In this document: positions 30,511 to 39,356 of the stretch, in pieces
How positions within the stretch are numbered: the first letter of the stretch is position 1
How the letters are laid out: each line of letters starts with the position of its first letter
Assembly: GCA_023253325.1 (NCBI GenBank)
Contig: JALRGY010000002.1
Coordinates: forward strand, 1 to 62,637
Length of the DNA stretch: 62,637 nt
Origin: Candidatus Nanopelagicales bacterium
Lineage (GTDB): Bacteria > Actinomycetota > Actinomycetes > S36-B12
Reading direction: 5' to 3'
Made by a program: the position numbers and the translations under genes
Notes under the pieces: generated by a model
Told to the model about the DNA's origin: nothing
Databases searched by the model: none
The model's input: the letters and a program-made list of their open reading frames with translations, nothing else

Positions 30511-30905
30511 GGGAGAATCGCTGTTCCTTCAATTTCGATCAGTGCGTCGTCATCCCACAGACGCGTGACGCCGACAAGTGTCATTGCGGGGTAATCCCGC
30601 CCAACAAGCCGTTTCCATACCGCTCCGATTTCGCTTGAGTGCGCGCGGTAATCAACAGGATCAACGCAATAGATCGTGAGTTTTGCTAGCTGTGACGGAT
30701 TTCCGCCAGCGGCTTCCAGTGCGGCCAATAAATTTTGCAAGCCTTTTTCCACTTGTTCGACAATTGTCGCCCCCACAATTACGTTGTTGGCGTTCAATGC
30801 TGTTTGTCCGGCGAGTAAGACAATCGTGGAACCTTCCGCGACCACTGCATGTGAAAACCCAATTGGTGGGGCAAGTGACTCTGGATTGATTCTCTTCACT
30901 GTCAT
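30507..30905 (-). CDS. RidA/YjgF-family enamine/imine deaminase
   Basis: 132 aa with a typical RidA fold sequence (GFSHAVV...LAGQTAL...TIYC...YPAMTLVGV..L...IEIEGTA). 4-nt overlaps with both neighbours. Confidence 0.8.
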   Translation of the reverse strand: MTVKRINPESLAPPIGFSHAVVAEGSTIVLLAGQTALNANNVIVGATIVEQVEKGLQNLLAALEAAGGNPSQLAKLTIYCVDPVDYRAHSSEIGAVWKRLVGRDYPAMTLVGVTRLWDDDALIEIEGTAILP

Positions 30906-31675
30906 GTCTGAACCTTTCCGCCATCAAGGGTGATCCCTTGTCCGTTTATTGCACCCTGTTCGTGGACAAGGAAATTAACTGTTGCTGCCACTTCTTCGGG
31001 TTCTATCAATTTTCCGTGCCCCTGTTCTTGTGCCAATGTGTCCAGCACTTCACTCCGATTCCTACCCGTCTTTTCAACAATAGAATCAACAGTACGTGCT
31101 GTCATGGGTGTATTCACATAGCCGGGACAGACAGCATTCACGGTTATTCCGTGTGACGACAATTCCGCAGCGGCGGACCGCACTAGACCCAGGACTCCAT
31201 GCTTTGCCGCGGTGTAGGCCGAGATGTAGGGGGCTCCGACGCGCGAGGCAACGCTTGCAATGACAACGATGCGGCCAAAACCTTGCTCTTTCATCGTGGG
31301 TATTGCCGCACGCATAAATCGGAATGGGGCATTGAGATTGAGTTCGATCATGCGCTCCCATAGTGCGTCATCAGTTCGCGTTATGGGTGCAGAGATCCCT
31401 TCGCCTGCGTTAATAACGAGAACATCGAGCCCATTCCATTCACTCACCACCTGCTGGACAATTTTGTCAGCGGCGGTGGGGTCCGTGACATCGCCTGGAA
31501 TGACCAAATGTGGCACTTTCAAGGTGCTAGCAACTGCAAGCAGGTCCGACTCAGTTCGAGCAGTCAGGGCAATTGGGTAGCCAGCGCTGGCCAAATCACC
31601 CACAATTGCTGCACCAATACCTCGACTGGCTCCAGTCACTAGGCAACGGAAAGGAGATTGCCTCGACGAATTCAT
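30902..31675 (-). CDS. SDR-family oxidoreductase (3-hydroxyacyl-CoA / 3-oxoacyl reductase-like)
   Basis: VTGASRGIG, NAG and YTAAKHGV (YxxxK) motifs. First gene of the minus-strand operon 31675 to 25361. Confidence 0.8.
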   Translation of the reverse strand: MNSSRQSPFRCLVTGASRGIGAAIVGDLASAGYPIALTARTESDLLAVASTLKVPHLVIPGDVTDPTAADKIVQQVVSEWNGLDVLVINAGEGISAPITRTDDALWERMIELNLNAPFRFMRAAIPTMKEQGFGRIVVIASVASRVGAPYISAYTAAKHGVLGLVRSAAAELSSHGITVNAVCPGYVNTPMTARTVDSIVEKTGRNRSEVLDTLAQEQGHGKLIEPEEVAATVNFLVHEQGAINGQGITLDGGKVQT

Positions 31676-31735
31676 CGGACTTCCCTTTCTGAGCTAAATA
31701 TTGGGACCCAAAGACCACATGAATAGTGCACTTCT

Positions 31736-31759
31736 CTGTCGATCGGCAATAATACGACA
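31736..31759. promoter_or_regulatory. 23-bp pseudo-palindromic candidate operator, site A (TGTCGATCGGCAATAATACGACA), in the divergent SDR/thiolase promoter
   Basis: Read directly. It ends 1-2 nt before the thiolase ATG, and its AATAAT/ATTATT core can act as a -10 in both directions. It matches site C at 20 of 23 positions by eye. Coordinates are +/-1 nt: my hand indexing in this line disagrees by 1 with the ORF track. Confidence 0.5.
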
Positions 31760-31760
31760 C

Positions 31761-32936
31761 ATGAGCCCTACCCGTCCTGTAGTTGCCGCAGCAAAGCGGA
31801 CAATGTTTGGTAAAAATCGAGGTGCGCTCTCAGGGATTCGCCCAGACGACCTTTTGGCGCTGAGTCTGCGAGAGCTTGCCGCGTCGATTCCTGGCCTAGA
31901 TCTTTCTCGAGTCGATGACATAGTGATGGGCGATGCCAATGGCGCCGGCGAGGACAACCGCAATGTGGCCCGCATGGGCGCCCTCCTAGCCGACTTCCCC
32001 GTCACTATTCCCGGCGTGACCCTGAACAGGCTCTGCGGTTCGGGAGGCGAGGCGATTGTGCAAGCATCGAGGGCGGTGCTCTCGGGTGACATGGACATCG
32101 TTATCGCTGGTGGAGTGGAAAGCATGAGCCGCGCGCCGTTCGTTCTGCCCAAGTCCGATAAGCCACTTGATGCATCGATGAAACTGGAACAAACCACGGT
32201 CGGTTGGCGAATGATCAACCCTGCATTCCCCAAACATTGGACAGACTCCCTTGGCGAGTGCGCACAACGCAGTGCCCAGGAACTGGGCATCGGGAGACAA
32301 GAACAGGATGAATGGTCAGTGCGGTCACATGAATTGGCTTCTGCTGCCTGGGACCGAGGCGTGCACGACGGGTTTGCATTCTCCGTTAACGACTTGACCC
32401 GCGATGAATCAATTAGACCCACCACGACGCTCGAAACGCTCGGTGCATTGAAACCCGCCTTTACCGCCGACGGCACTGTCACCGCTGGCAATTCATCACC
32501 CATCAACGACGGTTCCGTAGCAGCGCTCATCACGCGAGAAGAGATCGCGAGAGATCTCAATCTTGACTCATTTGCATCGATTGTTTCATCAGCAGTTGTC
32601 GCGGTTGAACCCGACAGATTCGCCAACGCCCCTGTCCCTGCAATGCATAAGTTATTGCAGCGCAACAACTTAACCTTCGGTGATATTGATTTATTCGAAA
32701 TCAATGAAGCTTTCGCTGCGATGGTTCTCACCGTTCTCCGGGAAGAACCACGCATTGACGTGTCAAAAGTAAATCCCAATGGTGGTGCGATAGCAATGGG
32801 GCATCCGGTTGGTGCCTCCGCTGCTCGAGTCGTTGTTGACGCTGCTCGCAATCTTCATGCGCGTGGTGGTGGTCGTGCAATTGCGACTGCTTGTATTGGT
32901 GTTGGTCTCGGTATCGCAATTCTCTTGGAGGCATGA
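31761..32936 (+). CDS. acetyl-CoA C-acyltransferase (thiolase II-like)
   Basis: VVAAAKRTMFGK N-terminus, NRLCGSG active-site Cys, GGVESMS, and the C-terminal NPNGGAIAMGHP..GASG..ACIGVGLG signature. The internal ATG at 31761 gives the canonical N-terminus. Confidence 0.9.
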   Translation: MSPTRPVVAAAKRTMFGKNRGALSGIRPDDLLALSLRELAASIPGLDLSRVDDIVMGDANGAGEDNRNVARMGALLADFPVTIPGVTLNRLCGSGGEAIVQASRAVLSGDMDIVIAGGVESMSRAPFVLPKSDKPLDASMKLEQTTVGWRMINPAFPKHWTDSLGECAQRSAQELGIGRQEQDEWSVRSHELASAAWDRGVHDGFAFSVNDLTRDESIRPTTTLETLGALKPAFTADGTVTAGNSSPINDGSVAALITREEIARDLNLDSFASIVSSAVVAVEPDRFANAPVPAMHKLLQRNNLTFGDIDLFEINEAFAAMVLTVLREEPRIDVSKVNPNGGAIAMGHPVGASAARVVVDAARNLHARGGGRAIATACIGVGLGIAILLEA

Positions 32937-33733
32937 TGATAAAAATTTCAGAGTTCACCGACATAACCTATGAACTCATCGACCAGGTTGCCGTTATCAC
33001 GATCAACCGACCGGATCGTTACAACGCCCTTCGCGGTCGCACCGTTGATGAATTGATTTATGCATTCCGATACGCCTACGTTGATAAAGGTGTTGCCGCA
33101 GTCGTGCTCACAGGAGCTGGGCCCAAGGCTTTTTGCTCCGGTGGTGATCAGAAAGAACGTAATGAGACAGGCGGTTACGGTGAGACTGAAATGGGAATTT
33201 TTGAAATCGAGCGACTTCACCGTCTGATCCGAGAAATTCCCAAGCCCGTCATTGCGGCCGTTAATGGTTTTGCAATCGGTGGTGGGCACGTCCTGCATGT
33301 GCTCTGCGACGTTTCCCTAGCATCAACCACAGCAAAGTTTGGTCAAGTGGGCCCACGAGTTGGGAGTTTCGACGCCGGGTTTGGAACCGCCTATCTGGCC
33401 CGCGTGGTGGGTGAGAAACGTGCTCGCGAGATCTGGTTTTTCTGCGATCAATACGACGCGGAAACGGCAGAACGCTGGGGCTTGGTCAATCGGGTGGTAG
33501 AACCGAATGAACTGATGCCCCTTGCCCTGGAGTGGGGCCGCAAAGTTGCCGCGCTTTCTCCGACCGCGCTCAAGACCCTCAAACACAGCTTTAATGCTGA
33601 CACGGACCACATTGTCGGCATCCAGTCTTTGGCGTTTGATGTACTCGACCTATTCGTCGATACAGATGAAGCAAAAGAGGGCGGTCAGGCGTTTGTTGAG
33701 AAACGCAAACCCGACTTCTCACCGTTTCGCTGA
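32933..33733 (+). CDS. MenB/BadI-subfamily crotonase (1,4-dihydroxy-2-naphthoyl-CoA synthase-like / 2-ketocyclohexanecarboxyl-CoA hydrolase-like)
   Basis: ITINRPDRYNA, LTGAGPKAFCSGGDQK, GFAIGGGHVLHVLCD, FGQVGPRVGSFDAGFG, and the C-terminal FVEKRKPDFS closely follow the MenB pattern. GGAGG precedes an ATGATG that overlaps the thiolase stop. There are no men genes nearby. Confidence 0.85.
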   Translation: MMIKISEFTDITYELIDQVAVITINRPDRYNALRGRTVDELIYAFRYAYVDKGVAAVVLTGAGPKAFCSGGDQKERNETGGYGETEMGIFEIERLHRLIREIPKPVIAAVNGFAIGGGHVLHVLCDVSLASTTAKFGQVGPRVGSFDAGFGTAYLARVVGEKRAREIWFFCDQYDAETAERWGLVNRVVEPNELMPLALEWGRKVAALSPTALKTLKHSFNADTDHIVGIQSLAFDVLDLFVDTDEAKEGGQAFVEKRKPDFSPFR

Positions 33734-33761
33734 GAGCCCAGAAAATCACCCAAGAAGCTCT

Positions 33762-35306
33762 CTAGCTCAGGATCTTGGCAACCATGGACCCACTGGAACC
33801 ACCAACGCCTCCGCCGGGCCATGTGCCGGCTCCACAGAGATAGAGATCTTTAACGGGTGAGCGATGCCGACCCCACCCCGGAACAGGGCGAAGGAAGAAG
33901 AACTGTGATGGGTGGTGGCTACCGCCCAGAGAATCTCCCTTGATGAGATTCGCGTTGTAACGTTCTAGGTCAGTTGGACTGAGCACAGCGCGCGCAATGA
34001 CAGCATCTTTGAGACCTGGTGCATACTCCTCAATTTTCGCCATGACGAGATCGGCATACGCCTCTGAAATATCTTCCCAGCGCGAACCATCTGCCAGATC
34101 CAAGGGCAGCATGCGAACTTGGACCCACAGCGTGTGCTTTCCTTCGGGCGCGCGCGATGGATCTGTGACAGTTGGTTGACCGATGACCAATGTTGGTGAT
34201 GCAGGAAGTCGCCCCGCGGCTGCGTCCGTGTAGGTCTGGGCCATGTCGTCTACGTATGGCCCAATATGAACGTAGTTGTAGGTCCGCGCTTCACTCGCTG
34301 TCCACGGCGGCAACTCTTCTAGTGCAAGGTGAATCATCATGGTGGCTAGTCCGGACTGGAATTTTTCCACCCGTTTAATGCTTGATTCTTGGGCAACATG
34401 TGTTGGAAGAAGTTCGGGCATGAGGCGGGGATTGACATTGCTCACCACGGCTTTCTTGGCAGCCACGGATTCCCCTGTCGCGAGCACCACACCTGTTGCT
34501 CGCTTGCTATCAACGGTGATCTCATCCACGCGTGCATTGCATCGCACTTCACCGCCATTGGCTTCAATGATTTGCACCAATGCATCGATCAGAGAGGCTG
34601 CGCCACCCTGTCCAATGACCATGCCAAAGAGTTGGCCACCGATTGTTTCTAGGAATGAAAAGAGCGCACCACCCGAAACATCGGGCGCGAAATCCAAGTG
34701 CATGCCCCATGTCGCCATGAGAGCTTTGGTTTTTGGTGACTGAAAATTTTCATTGGTGAACGATCTGGTCGACTGCAACGCTAACTTGGCAATTTCATAA
34801 AGCCCAACCGTTCCTAGAGCGCGATGCGCTTTCCAGAGTGTTTTAACCGCAGCAACACTGGGTAAATCTGAATTAAGCACGCCAATCAGAAATGGTGCCC
34901 ATAGCCCCAATTTTGCCGTGAGTTCCTCCCACGCTTCGACGTCTTCAGGTGCGACTGCCGCGAGGTTCTTAATGGTGGCAGAGGCGTCAGCCTCAACACC
35001 GATCATGCTGCCATCGGGATAAACGGAACAGAAGGGTTTCGATGAGGGGACGAGGCTAAATCCATACTTGGTCAGTTGTTCACCCAATGCCGCCATGACG
35101 GGGCCGCCTGCGAAGAGGCCCAGGTTCATGGCGAAAAGATCATGATGAAAGCCGGGGACGGTTATTTGTTCGGTGCGAACTGCACCACCAGGGGCATCAT
35201 TAGATTCAAGAACTATTACTTTTTTTCCCTCTACCGCCAGTAATGCTGCGGCGCTGAGTCCATTGATCCCCGAACCGATGACAATCACGTCGAAGGAATT
35301 CTCCAT
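33762..35306 (-). CDS. NAD(P)/FAD-dependent oxidoreductase, phytoene desaturase (CrtI)-like family
   Basis: DVIVIGSGINGLSAA...VLESNDAPGG dinucleotide fold, with C-terminal LYLCGAGTWPGGGVGG. Confidence 0.75.
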   Translation of the reverse strand: MENSFDVIVIGSGINGLSAAALLAVEGKKVIVLESNDAPGGAVRTEQITVPGFHHDLFAMNLGLFAGGPVMAALGEQLTKYGFSLVPSSKPFCSVYPDGSMIGVEADASATIKNLAAVAPEDVEAWEELTAKLGLWAPFLIGVLNSDLPSVAAVKTLWKAHRALGTVGLYEIAKLALQSTRSFTNENFQSPKTKALMATWGMHLDFAPDVSGGALFSFLETIGGQLFGMVIGQGGAASLIDALVQIIEANGGEVRCNARVDEITVDSKRATGVVLATGESVAAKKAVVSNVNPRLMPELLPTHVAQESSIKRVEKFQSGLATMMIHLALEELPPWTASEARTYNYVHIGPYVDDMAQTYTDAAAGRLPASPTLVIGQPTVTDPSRAPEGKHTLWVQVRMLPLDLADGSRWEDISEAYADLVMAKIEEYAPGLKDAVIARAVLSPTDLERYNANLIKGDSLGGSHHPSQFFFLRPVPGWGRHRSPVKDLYLCGAGTWPGGGVGGSSGSMVAKILS

Positions 35307-35451
35307 GTGATGTTCTCCCTAATCTTCCAAAAAACTGACGACCGCCATCATTGCGCTATACGCTCGTGCGTGCAACCATGGTGGCGAAAAATGTTCCGCA
35401 CGATTTGTCGGAAGTCGCGGTCGCAGGAGACGTCGGAGGAAGGGAGCGCTC

Positions 35452-37017
35452 GTGGCACACAGCAGCGATGCCGTAATTATTGGCAGTGGGATCAATTCAT
35501 TGGTGTCTGGCGCCATGCTCGCGCAAAAGGGCTGGCGAGTCACCGTTCTCGAGCGCAATGATCTTGCCGGCGGTGCGATAGCAACGCGCACGGACATATT
35601 TCCCGGTTATACCGTTGAGCTCCTTTCGAGCTGGCATCCACTTTTTCTCGGGGGCCCTGCCTACGCCGAACTCGCAACTGACCTAGCCCGGCTCGGGGTG
35701 GAATACCTCAACACCGAAGATCCCACCGGAGTCATTTGTGCGGACGGTTCAGCCGTCTTGTCCACCGATGCCAATAGAAATGCCACGATGTTCGAAAGTC
35801 TGGGAGACCTAGAAGCTTGGAATGCCGTCATGTCTGATTTCGGTGGGAAGGCTGAACTCGCATTCGGACTCCTTGGAACGGATTTTTGGCGCCCAAACTC
35901 CAGCAAGTTAGGTTGGAAAGCATGGCGTCACTTGGGCCGAAAAGGCTTGTTGGCCAGCGGTGCCGAGTTGTTAGAACCCGCAGCACCTTGGGCTGATCGG
36001 ACGTTCACATCGCCCGTTACCAAGGCCCTGCTCGCTCCCTGGGCACTCCACAACGGACTGGGTCCGGACGATGCCTCAAGTGCGTTCATCACAAAAGTGA
36101 TTTCAGCCGCAATCTCTATGGGGGGCATGCCAATTCCCGTTGGAGGTGGGGTGAAACTTGTCGATGCTCTGAGCACGATCATCTCCGAAGCTGGTGGCGA
36201 GATCGTGACCGGCGTGGAAGCCACACATATTGCCGTGTCAGGTGGTCGGGCACACGGCGTTCGAACGAGTTCAGGTGTCACGTACACGGCGCAGAAGGCG
36301 GTACTTGCCTCGGTAACACCACAATCCCTTTACTTGAATTTATTGGATCCAAGTGATGTTCCAACCGATTACTCCACGGCTGCCTCGCAATATCGCTATG
36401 GGCGAGCCGGAATGCAGATTCACCTGGCCCTCTCGGAGCCGCCGGAGTGGACGGTCCCCGGCATGGACAAGGTCGCTTTGGTTCACGTTCTCGACTCCAT
36501 GAACTCCCTCTCCGAGTCGGTAAACGCGGCCAACAGAGGTTTCCTTCCACGCCGACCCACAATTGTTGTTGGTCAGCCCTCCACAATCGATCCTTCACGA
36601 GTTCCCGAGGGAGCTGGCCTGCTCTGGATCCAACTGCAGGAAATTCCACGGGAGATTCGCGGGGACCTAGCCGGAGAAATCGATCACCTCGGGGCATGGA
36701 CCCCCGAGATTCGGGACCGCTACGCGGACCGGGTCATTGAGCAACTCACGCCACATATTGCAAATATCTCGACCAGCCTCACCGGCAAGTGCATCTTGGG
36801 CCCGGCCGACTTGGCCGCCCTGAACGTCAACCTCGTTGGAGGCGACCCATATGCCGGCGACTGCCGCGTCGACCAATACGCCCTATGGCGACCTTTACGG
36901 TTAGCCAACGGGCATAACACGGGAATCAAAGGGCTATGGCATATCGGTGCCTCGACGCACCCCGGGCCAGGTCTGGGCGGTGGTTCGGGATATCTCGTGG
37001 CAAAACGGTTGCGCTAA
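35452..37017 (+). CDS. NAD(P)/FAD-dependent oxidoreductase, CrtI-like family (paralogue of the divergent neighbour)
   Basis: DAVIIGSGINSLVSG...VLERNDLAGG fold, with C-terminal LWHIGASTHPGPGLGG. Alignable by eye along its length with 33762-35306. Confidence 0.75.
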   Translation: MAHSSDAVIIGSGINSLVSGAMLAQKGWRVTVLERNDLAGGAIATRTDIFPGYTVELLSSWHPLFLGGPAYAELATDLARLGVEYLNTEDPTGVICADGSAVLSTDANRNATMFESLGDLEAWNAVMSDFGGKAELAFGLLGTDFWRPNSSKLGWKAWRHLGRKGLLASGAELLEPAAPWADRTFTSPVTKALLAPWALHNGLGPDDASSAFITKVISAAISMGGMPIPVGGGVKLVDALSTIISEAGGEIVTGVEATHIAVSGGRAHGVRTSSGVTYTAQKAVLASVTPQSLYLNLLDPSDVPTDYSTAASQYRYGRAGMQIHLALSEPPEWTVPGMDKVALVHVLDSMNSLSESVNAANRGFLPRRPTIVVGQPSTIDPSRVPEGAGLLWIQLQEIPREIRGDLAGEIDHLGAWTPEIRDRYADRVIEQLTPHIANISTSLTGKCILGPADLAALNVNLVGGDPYAGDCRVDQYALWRPLRLANGHNTGIKGLWHIGASTHPGPGLGGGSGYLVAKRLR

Positions 37018-37187
37018 CGCCGCCACTAGTACATGCTGTCCTTGTGACGGTCGTCAAAATAGTGTGATCTTGCCCGAAAGTATGTGACAAATCTGCTGTT
37101 GTGCCGACCAGTAATCTCCCCCATGCTTGTGCATGGGATTACGTCGGTGCACATGTACCGCGGCCAGTTAATGAAGGGATCATCGTA

Positions 37188-39356
37188 ATGGCGGAACGGT
37201 CATTTGCCAACGAAGTCCAGGAACTGCGCCTTGGCGCTGGTGCTGAGTTCCGTGGGGAGGGAATCCTCGCGGTCACAAAGGGACTGTTGCAGTCCGGAGT
37301 CGCCTATGTAGGTGGCTACCAAGGTGCTCCTATTTCCCACCTCATGGATGTCCTCGGTGATGCCCACGAAATTCTTGAAGAACTTGACGTCTATTTCGAA
37401 AACAGTGCATCCGAGGCAACCGCGGCGGCGATGCTCGCTGCATCGGTGCACTATCCACTCCGTGGGGCCGTTACGTTCAAGTCAACGGTCGGCACGAACG
37501 TTGCATCCGATGCACTTGCAAACTTAGCTTCCGGCGGTGTGCTTGGCGGCGCTCTCATTATTATCGGTGAGGATTACGGCGAGGGCTCGAGCATTATGCA
37601 GGAACGCTCACACGCGTTTGCCATGAAATCCCAAATGTGGCTCCTCGATCCAAGACCAAACCTCACCGCAATCGTAGATTTTGTTGAAAAAGGTTTCGAA
37701 CTCTCTGAAGCAAGTAGCACCCCCGTCATGTTGGAGTTGCGCCTGCGCTCTTGCCACCTGCACGGGTCATTTATCACACGCGACAACAAACGGCCCCCGT
37801 TCACTTTGAAGGAAGCCATCGAGAACCCACAGCGCGATGTCAGTCGCGTTGTGCTGCCGCCATCAAGCTTCACGCACGAACAAGAAAAGGTGAAGGACCG
37901 TTGGCCCGCGGCCGTTAAATTCATCCAAGAAAACGAACTCAATGAATTCGTTGCGGAAAAAGATCAGAACATCGGCATTATTTTGCAGGGTGGACTCTTC
38001 AACACTGTTAATCGCTCACTTGAATTACTGGGTTTGTCTGACCCCTACGGGAATAGTCAAATACCGCTCTACGTTCTCAATGTGACCTACCCGATCATTG
38101 ATCAAGAAGTCCTTCGTTTCTGTGAAGGCAAAGATGCAATTCTCTTGGTTGAAGAGGGTCAGCCTGATTACATCGAACAAAACATCAACACGGTTTTGCG
38201 TCGTGCGGGTGACACAACAGCACTACATGGCAAAGACCTACTGCCCGTTGCTGGCGAATACACACCTGCAGCCGTGACCAAGGGCGTAACCGCATTTATA
38301 CAAAAGTACCTTCCCAGCAAGATCAACTCCGAAAACTTGCCTGCAATCGTTTTTGATAACGACGATCCACGTAGTCCATTCGCGCCACGAGTTGCTCCCG
38401 AGTTAGTCCAAGGGCGACCACCTGGTTTTTGTACCGGTTGCCCTGAGCGCCCGATTTTTGCGGCCCTGAAGCTTGCTGAACGGGAAGTTGGGTCACACAT
38501 CGTCAGCGCGGACATTGGCTGCCACCTGTTTTCCATCAACGCACCGTTCAATATCGGTGCTACAACAATGGGCTATGGCCTTGGCTCTGCAAGTGGGTCC
38601 GCTTTCAACGCAAAGGACTCGGACAAACGAACAATCGCTTTCATGGGCGACGGAGGCTTTTGGCACAACGGCCTAACCAGTGGAGTTGGCAACGCAGTGT
38701 TCAATGAAAATGATCAGTTATTGGTTGTGGTTGACAATGCATACAGCGCGGCAACCGGCGGACAGGACGTACTTTCATCACGCGCCGAAGCACTCAATCG
38801 CTCCACCAACCACCCCATCGAGCGCGCGGTCCGCGGTATCGGTGTCAAGTGGTCACGAACCATGACGAATACATTCAAAGTGGCTGAAATGCGAGACCTT
38901 TTCAAGGAAGCACTCACAACAAAAGAAAAAGGGCCCAAAGTCATTGTTGCTCAGAGTGAATGCACCCTGAATCGAGAGAGGCGGGAGAAGCCTGCACGCG
39001 CCAAGAAAATCAAAGAAGGCAAGCGGGTGGTCCGAGAGCGCTACGGCGTTGACCCTGAAACCTGCACTGGTGATCACTCCTGCATACGAATTTCTGGGTG
39101 CCCATCTTTGACCATTGGCCCCAACCCTGACCCAATGCGCAATGACCCGATCGCGACAGTGTTAGACAGTTGCGTTGGCTGTGGTCTCTGTGGCGAAAAC
39201 GCACATGCCGCAGCCCTCTGCCCCTCGTTCTACCGAACTGAAGTTATTTACAACCCCAGCTGGTGGGACAAAGCCAAACTAGGAATTCGACAGAAGTACA
39301 TCGGTTGGCTGCAAAAGGGAATTGAAAAGCAACTTGTCGGAATTGATGCTGCATGA
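37188..39356 (+). CDS. iorA: indolepyruvate/arylpyruvate:ferredoxin oxidoreductase alpha subunit (TPP and 4Fe-4S binding)
   Basis: GYQGAPISH N-terminal pyrimidine-binding region, FCTGCPERP, GDGGFWHNG TPP motif, and the C-terminal Cys cluster CVGCGLCGENAHAAALCP. ATG at 37188. Confidence 0.85.
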   Translation: MAERSFANEVQELRLGAGAEFRGEGILAVTKGLLQSGVAYVGGYQGAPISHLMDVLGDAHEILEELDVYFENSASEATAAAMLAASVHYPLRGAVTFKSTVGTNVASDALANLASGGVLGGALIIIGEDYGEGSSIMQERSHAFAMKSQMWLLDPRPNLTAIVDFVEKGFELSEASSTPVMLELRLRSCHLHGSFITRDNKRPPFTLKEAIENPQRDVSRVVLPPSSFTHEQEKVKDRWPAAVKFIQENELNEFVAEKDQNIGIILQGGLFNTVNRSLELLGLSDPYGNSQIPLYVLNVTYPIIDQEVLRFCEGKDAILLVEEGQPDYIEQNINTVLRRAGDTTALHGKDLLPVAGEYTPAAVTKGVTAFIQKYLPSKINSENLPAIVFDNDDPRSPFAPRVAPELVQGRPPGFCTGCPERPIFAALKLAEREVGSHIVSADIGCHLFSINAPFNIGATTMGYGLGSASGSAFNAKDSDKRTIAFMGDGGFWHNGLTSGVGNAVFNENDQLLVVVDNAYSAATGGQDVLSSRAEALNRSTNHPIERAVRGIGVKWSRTMTNTFKVAEMRDLFKEALTTKEKGPKVIVAQSECTLNRERREKPARAKKIKEGKRVVRERYGVDPETCTGDHSCIRISGCPSLTIGPNPDPMRNDPIATVLDSCVGCGLCGENAHAAALCPSFYRTEVIYNPSWWDKAKLGIRQKYIGWLQKGIEKQLVGIDAA

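Noticed and set aside
31694-32851. 385-aa ORF on the minus strand
   Set aside because: It lies entirely antisense to the thiolase gene. Its composition is Ala/Ser/Arg-rich and low-complexity, with no recognisable motifs. This is a typical shadow ORF of a GC-biased coding region.
32933-33733. Calling the MenB-like gene menB (menaquinone biosynthesis)
   Set aside because: There are no menA, menC, menD, menE or menH neighbours. The gene is translationally coupled to a thiolase inside a catabolic island, so the BadI-type or another catabolic crotonase role is at least as likely. The gene symbol is withheld.
35336-35358. TGACGACCGCCATCATTGCGCTA between the divergent CrtI-like genes as an operator copy
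   Set aside because: It matches site A at about 13 of 23 positions and lacks both the CAATAAT core and the inverted arms. This is probably chance.
37045-37067. TGACGGTCGTCAAAATAGTGTGA upstream of iorA as a fourth operator copy
   Set aside because: Only the left half resembles sites A and C (about 12 of 23 overall by eye), and the right arm is not an inverted repeat. The similarity is insufficient.
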